From contig OZ176053.1 in NCBI GenBank assembly GCA_964247055.1, forward strand, positions 6,944,001-7,008,000: 64,000 nt of DNA. Reading direction: 5' to 3'. Shown piece after piece: positions 49,050 through 63,045 of the stretch. The notes under the pieces were generated by a model, which saw only the letters and a list, made by a program, of their open reading frames with translations, ran no database searches and was not told where the DNA came from. The position numbers were made by a program, and so were the translations under genes. Each line of letters starts with the position of its first letter. The stretch's first letter is position 1. Source of the stretch: Paragordius varius (Eukaryota; Animalia; Nematomorpha).

Positions 49050-50413
49050 TGTAAAGTTGAATTATTCACGTATAGCAATATGGTATATTAAAATAGAGTT
49101 GAGCGATAAAAAGAAAAACCAAAATAAAAAAGTGAGTGGCTATTATATCACAAGTTCTTTTTATGTGTGCATGCCTTATTTGCGTAGACGTTACACAATG
49201 GTTATTCTCAACAACAGATAAGCTTTAACACGAAATATATATATAATATTCAAATACAAAATAACTGATGCAACATGAATTGAGTGTGTTAACAAAATAG
49301 AATATTATAACCTTACAGCTCTTATCCAAATAAAAATTATATAAATAAGCAAAATATCTAAATAAAATTTTGTTTTGAAAAAAAAGTTTCAAGTCAAACT
49401 ATTTCGACGCCATTTTTATTTTGCGAATTTTTGCAAAATATCGTCTTCATTTAATTTTAAGTGTAAAAATCAATTTTTTATTTTAATTACATCTAACATT
49501 AATAGAAATAGAAAAAACGGTTTATTTTAATGTGAACAGATATTTTGAACTTTGACGCAATACAAAATTAAAACATATTTTGTTTTACAACATCGGGGTG
49601 GTATATTACACAGTCACAAAATATCCCGATGAAATATATATATTCTGATAAGAAAATATCAAAATTATCAAGGTTTTTAAGTGATTTACACTTTTGTGAT
49701 CAGTCCGTATATAATTGCCAAAGGTGCGCATTTTTTTCAAATACATTTTTTGGTGAAAGCTAAATGCTTTATTTCAAAAGATATCACTAAAAAATATAAC
49801 ACAAACTAAAAGAGCAAAACAAAATTTTTATAATTTTTAGATATGGGCTCTGAAAGTCCCATTTTTTGCCTCTTTTATAATGGACTGTGCTCTAAAAACG
49901 GAAAAATTTTGACATGATGCAATAATTTCAAAAATATGATAAATTTTGTTATCGAATAAATATGTTTTTTTAAAAATGCATACCTTAAAAATTTATTTTT
50001 TAGCAAAATTTTGTTGAAGCGTTTTTGTTTATGATGGAAACGATACAAACGGGTGAGATGCTATTCCATTTATATATATAATTCGATTATGCTAATTTTT
50101 CTCGCTCAGAATTTTGATCAAAATTTTCGCTCGTTTTTAAGTTAAAATTGAGTTTTATAACAAAAATTTACCAAAATTTGCAAGCAAACAAACCTTTAAT
50201 TTAAAATTCTCAACATACAGTAATTTTCCACATCATTTAAGTATTTAGAGGGTTTTATTATATCTTAAAGCTTCATACCGTTTTCATTCTGCTTCAAAAT
50301 AGTTTGCGCTTCAACAAAATATTTCAAATTTGTTTATGAAAAATAAGAAAACTAATAAAAATTAAAGTTAAGGAAAGAAATTTAGAAATATCATACCTCC
50401 CACCGCTGATCAA

Positions 50414-50445
50414 ATCATGACCCGGTCAATTGACCGGGTCATGAT
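50414..50445. repeat. Perfect 32-bp palindrome ATCATGACCCGGTCAATTGACCGGGTCATGAT
   Basis: Exact self-reverse-complement with no spacer; lies at the left end of a probable MITE flanked by CTCCCACC direct repeats. Confidence 0.9.
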
Positions 50446-52989
50446 CAGGTCAGTGACTATTTATTTTTTAACCATAGTCATTGAAAAAAACACCTGTTTG
50501 AAAAAATGGTAGTAAATTTTTATTGGAAGAGAGATACTAAGATTTATTGTTTTTTAATATATTTTTTAAAATACAAATATTATTTAATTATGCTCATTTA
50601 ACAATATTTAAAATTGTTAAAAATGCCTCTTTATAATACAAGTATTTAAGCATAATTATTTATTTCGAAAAACAAGATAGCACTTTGCAAATTATGCCAT
50701 ACAATATATGTGAACCATTCAAAAATGTAAAACATCCTATAATTGGTATTTTAATGATGAAAGAAAGTGTAAAACAAATTAGGTAAAATTTAAAATAAAT
50801 CTATGCATTTGAAGATTCAGAAGGCCACAAACATGTGGCAAAATTTATTTAACAATTTCTTGACCAAATTCGATCGAAAATATAAATATATACAAACTTT
50901 AAAGAAAAAACATGACATTATTAATGAAACGCAAGTGCAATTTGAACTTATTTTGACAATCTAATATCGCATGATACTTATTTAAGTACAAAGCGGTCAT
51001 GAACCTGGTCTGACTGGGTCTGACCCGATTTTTTAAAAAAGTAATCAAGCACAACCCTACTCCCACCTAATGAGTAAAGACGTAAAAACATTTTTAAATA
51101 CGAAAAAACGTTTATTTCGTTATCATATGCCATATATAATAAATTTTATATAATATGTTACGGGAATACTAATTTTCTACATAATTTCCCGTTCAAAAAA
51201 TGAAATTTTTAAACCTTAACATAGATTAAAATATCATGAATTAATTTTGTTAACTCATTCTAAATTTTGAGGCACCTCTTTTTGCGTAAGCCCTGAATAA
51301 AAGAGCCATTAGCCTGAATCTTACGATTCGAGATTTATAGTTTCGCCACTGCTGCCTTTATAAGCGGCATCCAATCCAATTTTATGTATAATACGAGTGC
51401 AAAATAAAGTATTAACCAATTAAAAATAGGCCAATCTTAGTTTTTTACCGCAAAATGAACCATTTCTTTACAATTTATGTGGTTATTTTTACAGAGGGTA
51501 CTATATTAAATTCTAAAATACTTTTATTGAATAAATAAAAGGTAAATTATATATTTATATAAAATTTATTTTTTTAATTTAAAAAAGCAGTACAAAAGTG
51601 GGCGCAGTACAGGCGCAGTTTTTTTCTGAAAACCCAGTACTGTACTGCGAAAAACAGCCTATCTGGTCACATTTTGTATTTTTTCAATTTTACCATTGCA
51701 CACATGTCACGCTGATTAAATTTTTAACTTTAGGTTTTAGTTAAAAATAAATATTATCAAGTATTTTTGAATAAAATTTTTAATATATTTCGGTTTATTA
51801 ATGTAATATAAAAGTATTTTGCCATCGTTTCAATTCCCTCCATATTTTTTAAAGTATATAATTTTAACAGGCCAGGGATATCCAACTACCCCAATTTGAA
51901 TTGAAGGACTAAAATGAATGTCTTGCATCCAAGTGTTAAAAAAGGATCTGTAGCTAGCCAAATGAATAGTAATAGTAAGAACGTATGTGGTAATTGGCCA
52001 GAAATCAAATCTCCTGGGAATTATACATATCGAAATAAAAGGTCAACGAAACATTTTGGCTAGTTTTATTAGAAGCGTTCTCAAAACGGTGTGAGGTTGT
52101 GTTCACAAAGTTATATCCTCAACTGTTTAATATATAAATTTTTTTGGTTTGGTGTAGACGGCTTATTTCTTTAATTTCTGAAACGGATCATCGTCAGAGT
52201 TCAAAAACTATTGATTGAAACTCCATATTAAACATTTCTCACCTCTTTACCACCCTCAAACAGAAGTGTCAGTAAAAAACGATTCGGACGATAAAGATAA
52301 AATATGACGCGAGAAAAACAAAATCGTTCAGACTTGGCGATGCTAAATTTATCGGACTATTGCTATATGTGTCTTTGTTGGTCAAAAACCAGAAATATTT
52401 TTTGAACTAGAAAGCCAGGGGAATACTAAAGGGATCAGTAGATTTTAAAGATTCCTCCGAAGTAACTTATTATTCGGAATGTAAAGACCAAGGTTGACGA
52501 AAAAACGTAGTTGCTCGCCCGACATCGTCCACATCTCTGTTTTTGATGGTCGAGTTAATTTTCCCAAAAAAATGCTAAGCTGTACGCCAAAATTTGGAAG
52601 GGAGATGTTAGGAGAATTTTGTTTAGTTATAAATATTTATTCTATATTAAATAGAATATACATTCTAATTGCTTTATATGTATTATTGTGTTGTATTTAT
52701 AACTATTCTGATTTAATATATCTATAGCTTAAATATAAACAACTATTCCAAATATGGTAACGCATCCGATAAAGAAACTATATCTTTAAAGCGGGTAAAA
52801 CGGATCTCGAATACTGTGCTGCAGAAGGCATTTGATTTTGCTCCAAATAAAATAACAACAGCCGATAATGAGTGCTAAGAATCGGTTAAAACAATATTTT
52901 AAATAGTAATACAGCGGTACTTATCATTTATGCGACCATGCTCCCACAACATCTGAAATCAGATTCATACTGGCAACACTATATTCCGA

Positions 52990-53155
52990 AACCACTGAAA
53001 TTTAAAAAATTGATACCGGGTATTATAAGAAAATAAATCAATTGGCCTCCTCTAGATGTTGAAGAATTTTTTTAAGAAGAAACCGAATGAATGCGCCAAA
53101 TGCTCAAAGCCTCAACATATTACGAAACTTACTTCCAAAATCACCGTAAGAGTTA
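52990..53155 (+). pseudogene. Degenerate copy of the IN-box-like terminal domain
   Basis: PLKFKKLIPGIIRK*INWPPLDVEEFF*... then an internal deletion before TCACCGTAA. Confidence 0.7.
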
Positions 53156-55499
53156 ACAGATCTATATTTTATGATAAATTTATTGCCCTAAATAAGAAAA
53201 TTTTGTCGGAAAATATATCCTGTAAATAAACTCAATTTAAATAATTAGTATTATTTATTAGTAATAGAGATATTATGGATCATAGCTTTCAGATTGAGTT
53301 TATTTTATTGTATGAATGAACACCTTCTTCAAATTACGGGCACAAATAAATTCTATAGTTCTTATTCGATTAGTTGTAAAAAAATATTTAATTTTAAAAA
53401 CACCATAAAAATTATATCAATTTTAAAATTATCCATTCTATATGGACGTGCCTGATTCGTATGTGAAAATTTTGACTGGCTATCTTTATAAACGGCACTA
53501 AAGAATCATTTCATAGGGGAATCATGTTCTGCAATACAATTCTTTACTACTTCCTGCCTAAAATTATCATCTTTGTAAACTAGTGTTAAGATTTGGTAAC
53601 ATATATATATATAATTTGCACTTCAAGAGTGCCCTTGAACACACTTCAGGTAAGTCCTTGATCATTTCCAATTTGTCCTTAGATTTTGAAATTTATTGAT
53701 CATATTTTAATATTGTTATTAAAACCAGATTTATTTGTTTCAACTCAAATTTTTCCAATCAAAAAAATTATTAATTTATAGATGTTTTATGGAAATTTGT
53801 AATTAATGGCTTAGAAAACCTATAAAATTTTCAATTACGTATATATAAAATATTTTTAAAAAAACTAATAAAATAGATTGTTTAAAAGTTGATATTTATT
53901 TAGAGTCTATATTGAATTAAGAGAATAGGTTAAAAATCACAAAATAAATGAATGATACAAGGTTTTATTTATAAAAAACAAAAAAGAGTTAAAGGACCAA
54001 TGAAATGTTTAAGGATAAACTTGAAATGTTCAAGGACTAACTTGAAGTGTTTAAAGATACTCTTGAAGACAAAATAATATATTATATTTATATATAAACG
54101 TTGATATAACCTTTTGATTCCAAAAACCCTAACCCTAATTTAATCATTACAGAGAAATCACAATAAACCGTCAGGTAAATGGCCCAATTATATAACTACA
54201 GAGAAATTATGTGAACCACCAGATATGTTACCTGTTTTATAGGTATTAAGCTAAATAAACCGCCAGGTATGTGTCCAGTTACAGAGAAATCAAAATGACC
54301 CACCAGATAAGTTGCTTAGTTCAATGGTCTCAGAGATACCAAATTATTGAAGACTGTCCACTTATAAAAAAAATATACAATAAACTTTAAATATAAAAAT
54401 ATAATATTTTGGAACTAGCGATGTAGATTAATTGACTGATTTATATCTTGATTGACCTATATATACATAATTTAACTCATAAAATTTTTCATTGAAATTA
54501 CTTTAAAACAATTGAAAAACGTATAGGCTTATTTTTATTGTCGCATATATTGTACAACGAATTTATAAAGGGTTGGTAGGTGTGGGAATATATTTTATTA
54601 ACCCTGAAACAGATGAACGGCTCTTTTTTAACTTTTAGTGTCGTTCGTTTTATATAAATTCAACAAATTTAGAGCGCGCAAATAGAAACGGAATGGGAAA
54701 AGCGCAAATCCAATTTTGACCTTTTCCGCGAATACGACTGTTCGATTATGAGCCTAACATTCTTTTGTATTTTAATTATTAAAGTAACTGACCCTTTTCC
54801 ACAGTAAAATTTGGTTTGCGTTTTTGAATTGAAAAACTTTAAGTTGAAACAAATATATTTGGTTTTTGAATTAACAATTTAATTTTAAAATGAAGAAATA
54901 TGTAATAAAAGTAAATTCGGTTAAAAAATAATCAAATAAAAAAAATCATCTAAACATTATGATTAAATCTAAATTTAAAATTTTAAGGATCCAACAAATG
55001 ATCAAGAACTAACCTGAAGTGTTCAAGGATACTTTATGAAATTATATATATTACCAAATCTTAACAATAAATTACAAAGATGATTAGGCGAATTGTATTG
55101 GAGAACTATATTCATTTATTTTATGATTCTTTAGTGCCTTATAAGGATAGCCAGTCCAAATTTTCACAAATATTCGCACAAGCATATTAAATGGTATAAG
55201 ATATTCAATTGATATAATTTTTAAGGTTAAAATGTAATAAAATAAATAAATTTTTTACAATTTAAAAACGAATAATAGTTATAAATATATCTGTACCCTT
55301 TATAATTTGAAGAAGTTGACTCATACATAAAAATAAACTCAAATGTCTGAAACAAAGGATTCATAAAATCTCATTAATGAATAAATTTAATTATTTAAAT
55401 TGGGTTAATTGATTATATTTTCCGACAAAATTTTCTGATTTAGGGCGATAATAATATTTAATTTATTAGAATGTATATATATGTATCTAGAACTGTCTA

Positions 55500-55715
55500 A
55501 AAAAACTCTTGTGAATTTGAAAGTAAGTTTTTTGGGTCGTAGTTTTGAGCGTGAACGTAAAATTTCAGAGCGTCATGTGTTAAGCTTTGAGCATTCGGGG
55601 CATTCATTCGGTTTCTTCTTAAAAAAATTCTTCAACATCCAGAGGAGGCCAATTGATTTATTTTCTTATAATACCCGGTATCAATTTTTTAAATTTCAGT
55701 GGTTTCGGAATATAG
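55500..55715 (-). pseudogene. Degenerate copy of the IN-box-like terminal domain (mirror arm)
   Basis: Same PLKFKKLIPGIIRK*INWPPLDVEEFF* plus a retained EILRSRSKLRPKKLTF..NS tail. Confidence 0.7.
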
Positions 55716-56099
55716 TATTGCAGTATGAATGTGATTATCAGATGTGTTATGAGACATGGTCGCGTAAATGATAAGTACCGCTCATTACTATAAAAAAAGA
55801 TTGTTTTAACCGATTCTCAGCACTCATTATCGGCTGTTGTTATTATATTTGGAGAAAAATCAAATGCCTTCTGTAGCACAGTATTCGAGATTGATTTTTC
55901 TTTTACCATTATTTAACAAGGAAAACCGTTTTACCCGCTTTAAAGATATAGTTTCTTTATCGGATGCTGTTACCATATTTGGAATAGTTGTTTATATTTA
56001 AGCTATAGATTTATTAAATCAGAATAGTAATAAATACAACACAATAATACATATAAAGCAATTAGAATGTATATTCTATCAAATATAGAATTAATATTC

Positions 56100-58640
56100 A
56101 TTATTGTAGCAAAGATCGTTGTCGATTTTTTGCTTTTTCGAAGGTGTATTTTCTCCAGTTTATATGATTGTAAGTGAGTGATGTTAACTGTTGTAAAGAG
56201 AGATTGGTTTCTTTGGTTAGGTTTTCAATCTAGCGCATCTTGCAGCGTCCACGTTTCCTAGATCCGTCGACCATGCCTTTCATTAGTTGGAATTCCAAGT
56301 CATTAGCTCTGGTAATGTGACCAAAGTATGATAATTTCATTTTGAGGCACATGCCAATCAAGTGTATCTCGGGGTTTATTTTAAGGATTACAGTGTTTTT
56401 TACTTTATCTTTCCAAGTGATTTGAAGTGCCTTCCGCCAGCACCAGATTTCGAAGGCGTTAATGTATTTTTCGTCTACCTTTTTTATTGTCCAGCTTTCT
56501 GATGCATATAGCATGCTAGGAAATATTAGGGCTTTAACTAAACGGATTTTTGTTTTAAGTTTGATGTCGTGTGATGACCATAGTTTATTATATTTTATCA
56601 TTTTTGTCTTTGCAATTCCTATTCTTCTTTTAATGTCTGGGGTGCTGTTGTTAGTTGTATTTATAAGACTGCCCAGGTAAGTGTATTGGGACACTACTTA
56701 TTTTTGTTGGTTGTGAAAAGATAAGTTGTTATAATGGTTATGAGCGTTTATAGTCATGATTTTAGTTTTTTTTGAAATTGATCGTCAATTCAAATTTTTG
56801 GCATTCGTTTGAGAATTCAGTTAGGAGTTTTTTCAGGTTGTCCACTGAGTTTGACAGCAGTATGGTGTCATCAGCATAATGAAGTGATGATATAATATTG
56901 CCGGCAATGCTTATACCATTTATCTATGTTCCGTAATACGCTTCTATGCAGACGTTAAAAAGAGTGGGTGAGAGGATACAACCTTGTCTTAGACCATACC
57001 CAATTACTTGTGCCATGTGGGGTTTTTATGTTTAGTGATGAATTGGAATAAAGGGATTTTATGATGTTTAAAATGTGATCTGAAACTCCCATCTGAGATA
57101 TTGCCTTCCACAGCGTGTCGTGTTTCACGCTGTCGAAGGCTTTTGTAATCAATGAAGCAGATGTGGGTTTCTTTCTGAAATTCAATTTGTTTTTCGAATA
57201 TCCAACGTATATTGCTGATCATGTCCCTGCATCCGCGATTGGATCTAAATCCCGCTTGAGTATTAGAAAGTTCGGCTTCAATTATGCCTTGGATACGCCT
57301 GTGAATTATTTTGAGGAAAACTTTTGATACTTGATTGATTAGCGCTATAGTTCTATAGTTGTTAAATGATTTAGGATCGCCTTTTTTCAAGATGGGGATG
57401 AGTATTGATTTGCACCAGTCTTGGGGGAATGAGGCGTGAGCAAATATCTTTTGGAATAAGCCAGTTAGGATATGGGGGATAAAACAAATGAGTTCGGTTG
57501 GAATATCGTTGTACCCCTCAGATTTGTTGGGGAATGGTTAAGCGCCCATTCAACTTCCTCTTTGATGATCGGCGGGTCATGTTGATAGATCTTATTGTTT
57601 TTATCGGCGTTCATAAAGTGGAGCCGTATAGTTTTAATACATATTGTTCCCATTGTTTCACCAGTGTTTTTTGTCTGTGATGATATCTCCATCTTCCTTT
57701 CTCATTGGGCCTTTGTAGATTTTAGAACTACGTGGAGCAATGTGTACTTCAGCAAAGTAGTTGTTGTTATGTTTAGCAGCGTTTTCTAGTTTTAAGCACA
57801 GCTGATTGTAGTGATCGTTTTTGTCTTCCCGAGCGCTTTTTTGGAAATTTGCGTTAAGCGATTTGTACTCTGCCATATTATAGCGTTTAGGTTGGCGCCG
57901 TTTGTCCGCCAAATCTAAACTTTTTTGTGATAGCTTAATTTTGTTAAGATGGGATTTTTGGATAGGGATGCATTATCTGGCTGTAGTGCTAGTGATATTT
58001 TGTATTGTATTCTAAAGATTTTCAGCGTCATCGTCTATTTCGAGTGTTTTAAATCTGTTTTCAAGTAACAAAGGAAACTCGGGATAGATCGCAGAGAAAT
58101 CTAATTTGGGTTTATGCTGAAATTTTGGTTAGCGTGAGAGAACTGTTTTAATTTTTAGTTTAGCTATAAGGAGATTATGATCAGAATAGCAGTCAGAACC
58201 AGGGTAAGTTTTTACGTTCATAAAGGAAGATTTATATTTTTGCATACCGAGAATAAAGTCAATTTGGTTTCTGTGCTTCTTGCAAGGTGAAATCCATGTG
58301 TATAGCCTTCGCTTAGGTTGTTGGAAAAAGGAGTTTGATATGAATAATTTGTGTCCACTGCAAAATTCTATGAGGCAGTCTCCTCTCTAAACACAATCCT
58401 CCTACTATCTCCCTGCCAAATTTTGGCGTACAGCTTAGCATTTTTTGGGAAAACTAACTCGTCCATCAAAAACTGAGACGATGTGGGCGATATTGGGCGA
58501 GCAACTACGTATTTTCGCCAACCTCTGGTCTTTACATTCCGACGTTCACCTGTTATATCGATATGTATACAGGAGATTTGATTTCTGGCCAATTACCACA
58601 TACGTTCTCATTATTACTATTCATTTGGCTAGCTACAGAT
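56100..58640 (-). mobile_element. Decayed RTE-clade LINE (endonuclease 3' part + RT + C-terminus)
   Basis: NSFFQQPKRRLYTWISP...NQIDFI, SDHNLL (APE); NNYRTIALI, QAGFRSNRGCRD, FIDY (RT); YLGSLI...DIKRRIGIAK, YASESWT, YFGHITR, RKRGR; many frameshifts. Confidence 0.92.
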
Positions 58641-59450
58641 CCTTTTTTTAACACTTGATTACTTTTAACAAAAACCTAAAATTAAAAATTTAGTCAGCGT
58701 GACGTGTGTGCAATGGTAAAATTGAAAATAGGCTGTTTTTCGCAATACAGTACTGGGTTTTCAGAAAAAGACTGCGCCTGTACTGCGCCCACTTTTGTAC
58801 TGCTTTTTTAAATTAAAAAAAATTAATTTTATAATATATAATTAACTTTTATTTATTCAATAAAAATATTTGAGAATTTAATATAGTACCCTCTGTAAAA
58901 ATAGAAATGGTTCATTTTGCGGTAAAAAACTAAGACTGACCGTTTTTAATTGGTTAATATTTTATTTTCCACTCGTATTATACATAAAATTGGATTGGAT
59001 GCGTCAAACCGCTTATAAAGGCAGCAGTGGAAAACTATAAATCTCGAATCGTAAGATTCAAGCTAATGGCTCTTTTATTCAGGGCTTACGCAAAAAGAGG
59101 TGCCTCCAAATTTAGAGTGAGTTAACAAAATTAATTCATGATATTTTAATAAATGTTTGAGCACGTTTAAAAATTTCATTTTTTTGTTATATTAATTAAA
59201 CGGGAAATTATGTAGAAAATTGTTATTCCCGTAACATATTATATAAAATTTATTATATATGGAATATGATAACGAAATAAACGTTTTTTCGTATTTAAAA
59301 TTGTTTGTTTTTACGTCTACTCATTAGGTGGGAGTAGGGTTGTGCTTGATTACTTTTTTAAAACATCCGGTCAGACCCAGTCAGACCATGGTCATGACCA
59401 TTTTGTACTGAAATAAGTATCATGCGATATTGGATTGTCAAAATAAGTTC

Positions 59451-60032
59451 AAAATCTTGTGTTTATAATTAATATTTCTAAATATTATGGAGTTATTTAA
59501 GATATCCTCGCTTTTGTATTTATAGTGTTTGAAAGGAATAAGAGTACAATTTTAAGATCGAATCGTATGTTTAATAATGAATTTGAATGGAGAAGTAAAA
59601 AATATATTAATAATCGTTGTTTTTAAAATTTTAAGGCATACATTTTTGTGTAGTCCAATTAATTTCTTAAAAAGTATTAACTTAACCAGGACACGTTATT
59701 GTAAAATAATCAAATAAAAACTATCCTAAAAATTAATTTATCAAACTCGAAACTATTCAATATAAATGTAAACTTTAGAGTTTTTTTTATAAATTATTTA
59801 CTTTATATTTATAATTTAATTAATTTATATATATATTAAACCCAAACTCGAAAATATTTAGTATGTCTATGACGAATATACTTAGTCTATTATATTCGGA
59901 ATCGTATGATTATTTATAAGAATATAAATTATATATCTTCTAAATTTTTGTAAGAAAATTCTTACGGTGAATTGAAATTCGTATCACTCGCGAATTTCTT
60001 ACGCTGATGAGACTTTGAGCGTAAAAATTCGG
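59451..60032. repeat. Inverted copy of 60934-61512
   Basis: Near-identical reverse complement; abuts the large palindrome on the left and duplication copy B on the right. Confidence 0.92.
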
Positions 60033-60618
60033 ATCATCCTTCACAAAATCAGTCTGATAATGATTCAGTAATAGTACCGGAAACAATTGTTCCTACCCAG
60101 ACATTAAACAAAAACATTTCAACAGATTCTTCGAAATTAATTAATAGCTCTGCTACTGTAAGTAATAAACCCCGAGAAATTACAATACATACAACAAAAG
60201 AGTTAAAGCAGTCTGCTTTGTCAAACATAGTACAGCAACAATTAATAATATCCTCGAAACTCTTACGCCTGCAGAAAAACATTTAGATAAGACTGTTTCT
60301 AATATAATAGCCACATCTTATAATAATTCCCAAGTAACAGTTATGCCTTCAAAAAAAGGGTTAAACGGTTTAACTTCATTAAGATTATCATTTTAATTAA
60401 ATTATATATTATATTTATTTTCTTTTATAAGATTTTAAGCTCTATTATTTTGCTTAAATTATAGATTTCAATTCAAAATATTAATTAACTATAAATTTAA
60501 AAAAGTTTACAAAATTTCGGGACCAGCAGCACATAATACAATTTGGTTAATTGTCACATATTTTTGTCAAATTTGAAATATTATATTACAATCATATGCA
60601 TCCAAAAAAAATATAACA

Positions 60619-61005
60619 ATAGCCTATTGGCAAGAAATATACAATATTCCTTCAACAAAACGGCTAAAACGGTCCACATTTTTGTATAATGACACACCAC
60701 CAATGACAAATGATTTACAAGAAGAAACAACTCCAACAACATCTCAAGATAAGATTGATAGTGACAACAAGCCAAGGACATCAAATAATGCAAAACCAGT
60801 GAAATATCAGAAACTAATACCGGAATTCCTGAGGGAACGAATCGATTGCATATCCCCGATTAATTTTGAACAAATTAGTTTGAAGAAAAAAATCGCCTAT
60901 TAAGAAAAATCAGTGCATCCGAGATCGGTCAGGCCGAATTTTTACGCGCAAAGTCTTATCAGCGTAAGAAATTCGCGAGTGATACGAATTTCAATTCACC
61001 GTAAG
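60619..61005 (+). pseudogene. Frameshifted copy of the 40766-41148 terminal exon
   Basis: Nearly identical to copy A until ...KKKIA, then TAT TAA (A has CAA TTA AGA), removing the terminal NSP motif. Confidence 0.8.
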
Positions 61006-61894
61006 AATTTTCTTACAAAAATTTAGATATATAATTTATATTCTTATAAATAATCATACGATTCCGAATATAATAGACTAGGTGTATTCGTCATAGAAAT
61101 ACTAAATATTTTCGAGTTTGGGTTTAATTTATATATAAAAATTAATTAAATTATAAAAATAAAGTGAGAAATCTAAAAAAAACTCTAAAGTTTACATTTA
61201 TATTGAATAGTTTCGAGTTTGATAATTTAATTTTTAGGATAGTTTTTAGTTGATTATTTTACAATAACGTTTCGTGCTTAAGTTAATACTTTCTAAGAAA
61301 TTAATTGGACTACACAAAAATGTATGCCTTAAAACAATTAAAAAACAACGATTATTAATATATTTTTTACTTCCATTCAAATTCAATTATTAAACATACG
61401 ATCCGATCCTAAAATTGTAATCTTATTCCTTTCAAACAATATAAATACAAAAGCGAGGATATCTTAAATAACTCCATAATATTTAGAAATAATAATTATA
61501 AACACAAGATTTTATATTTTACAGTACTAACCAATAATTTTAAACCAATGCTAAAATAACCAATCTAAGGTTTTATTATGTTACCTATAGTATATTTATC
61601 ACAAGTTATATATATTATATTGATTTTTACAGTAAATGCAATCTTGCGAAACTTAATGAAAAAGTAGCAATGTATAGTTTCTCACAGGATATATTTTTTA
61701 AATTTTTTTATTTGTCAGATAAAATTATGCATAATGATTAATAATTCCTATTATATTTTAATGTGCAAATTGTTTTGTTCGTAAAAATAGAGTTTCGGAA
61801 ACCCCAATATCCAATTCCAACAGTGAATCTGGAATAAAGATAGTTCGCAAACCTTATTTTCCTTGGGAACATAAGTAACTTTTAAAAATGACCG

Positions 61895-62430
61895 AATGGT
61901 GCGTCAGTTGGGTAGGTTAGTCAAAATGCCGCCACATTCTGCTGGTTACAAAGGAAAATCGAAAACCGCCAAATATTCTAGTAATTATAGTCAAAAAGAT
62001 ATGGTGAGTCAGTTGGGTTTTAAGTTGGTTAAAATGCCGCCACATTTTGACTAACTCCCTGGTTACAAAGGAAAATCGAAAACCGCCAAATATTCTAGTA
62101 ATTATAGACAAAAGGATATGGTGAGTCAGTTGGGTTTTAAGTTGGTTAAAATGCCGCCACATTTTGACTAACTCCCTGGTTACAAAGGAAAATCGAAAAC
62201 CGCCAAATATTCTAGTAATTATAGTCAAAAAGATATGGTGAGTCAGTTGGGTTTTAAGTTGGTTAAAATGCCGCCACATTTTGACTAACTCCCTGGTTAC
62301 AAAGGAAAATCGAAAACCGCCAAATATTCTAGTAATTATAGACAAAAAGATATGGTGATTCAGTTGGGTTTTAAGTTGGTTAAAATGCCGCCACATTTTG
62401 ACTAACTCCCTGGTTACAAAGGAAAATCGA
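61895..62430. repeat. 117-bp minisatellite, about 4.6 units
   Basis: Anchor TTACAAAGG at 61946, 62063, 62180, 62297, 62414. Confidence 0.95.
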
Positions 62431-63045
62431 AAAGAGAAATGCAATTAAACAGCCAAATATGGAGCTATCCATAACAGAAAAATCCGAATTACCGCCAAAT
62501 TTGGATAATTCAGTAGTTACACAAAAAGAATAACTTCAGAAAAATTACAATTTAATTTATTGCAGATACTCTCCCCTTAACAATCTATAGATCAAATTAT
62601 AAATAAATGAAGATCATATTTTACTTACTAATTTAACAAGTGTAGAACGTTTCACTTTATTAAATACGTTAAATATTTTGTAGCAAAATAAAAATAATTG
62701 TGTATATAAGAGGGTCAAAAATTAGATCAATTTTTCGTGGACACAAACGCAGGTACACTTACAAAACACTTAATAATACACCTAGTTAATATGTTAATTG
62801 TATTTCAAGAAAAATAGAATTCAAGTATTGTGTTACACAAACATGTATAGGAAGAAATTTCTCTAGACGGCCTTAATTAAAAAAAAAATTTGGCCGATAT
62901 GTTTTATATATAGAGCGAATTTTAGCTTCAAAAGACATGACGACAAGCGATAACAATTGCACGACGTTATTTCTCGCTTAGGCAGGAATGTCGGTCAAAA
63001 AAGAACTTCTTTTTTCAAATTCGCGCGACAATATCATCTGACCCG

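Larger units (their letters stand above)
44788..49317 (-). mobile_element. Full-length (4530 bp) Ty3/Gypsy LTR retrotransposon, Mag-like gag
   Basis: Two 268-bp TG...CA LTRs (44788-45055, 49050-49317) with 3 substitutions; 5-bp TSD GCTCT; PBS TGGTGCCGT next to the 5' LTR; PPT AGGGGGAGAG next to the 3' LTR; order gag-PR-RT-RH-IN. Confidence 0.97.
50930..59450. repeat. Large interrupted inverted duplication: left arm about 50930-53800, right arm about 54850-59450
   Basis: Blocks 50935-51730, 51930-52050, 52478-52625 and 52620-53650 match the reverse complement of 58680-59450, 58540-58645, 58385-58530 and 55000-56100. Confidence 0.9.

Noticed and set aside
49003-49221. 72-aa plus-strand ORF
   Set aside because: Runs antisense through the PBS and LTR; no domain; by-product of the LTR sequence.
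60003-60030. CTGATGA motif as another hammerhead
   Set aside because: No stem II-GAAA or stem I; it is the reverse complement of the duplicated exon tail.
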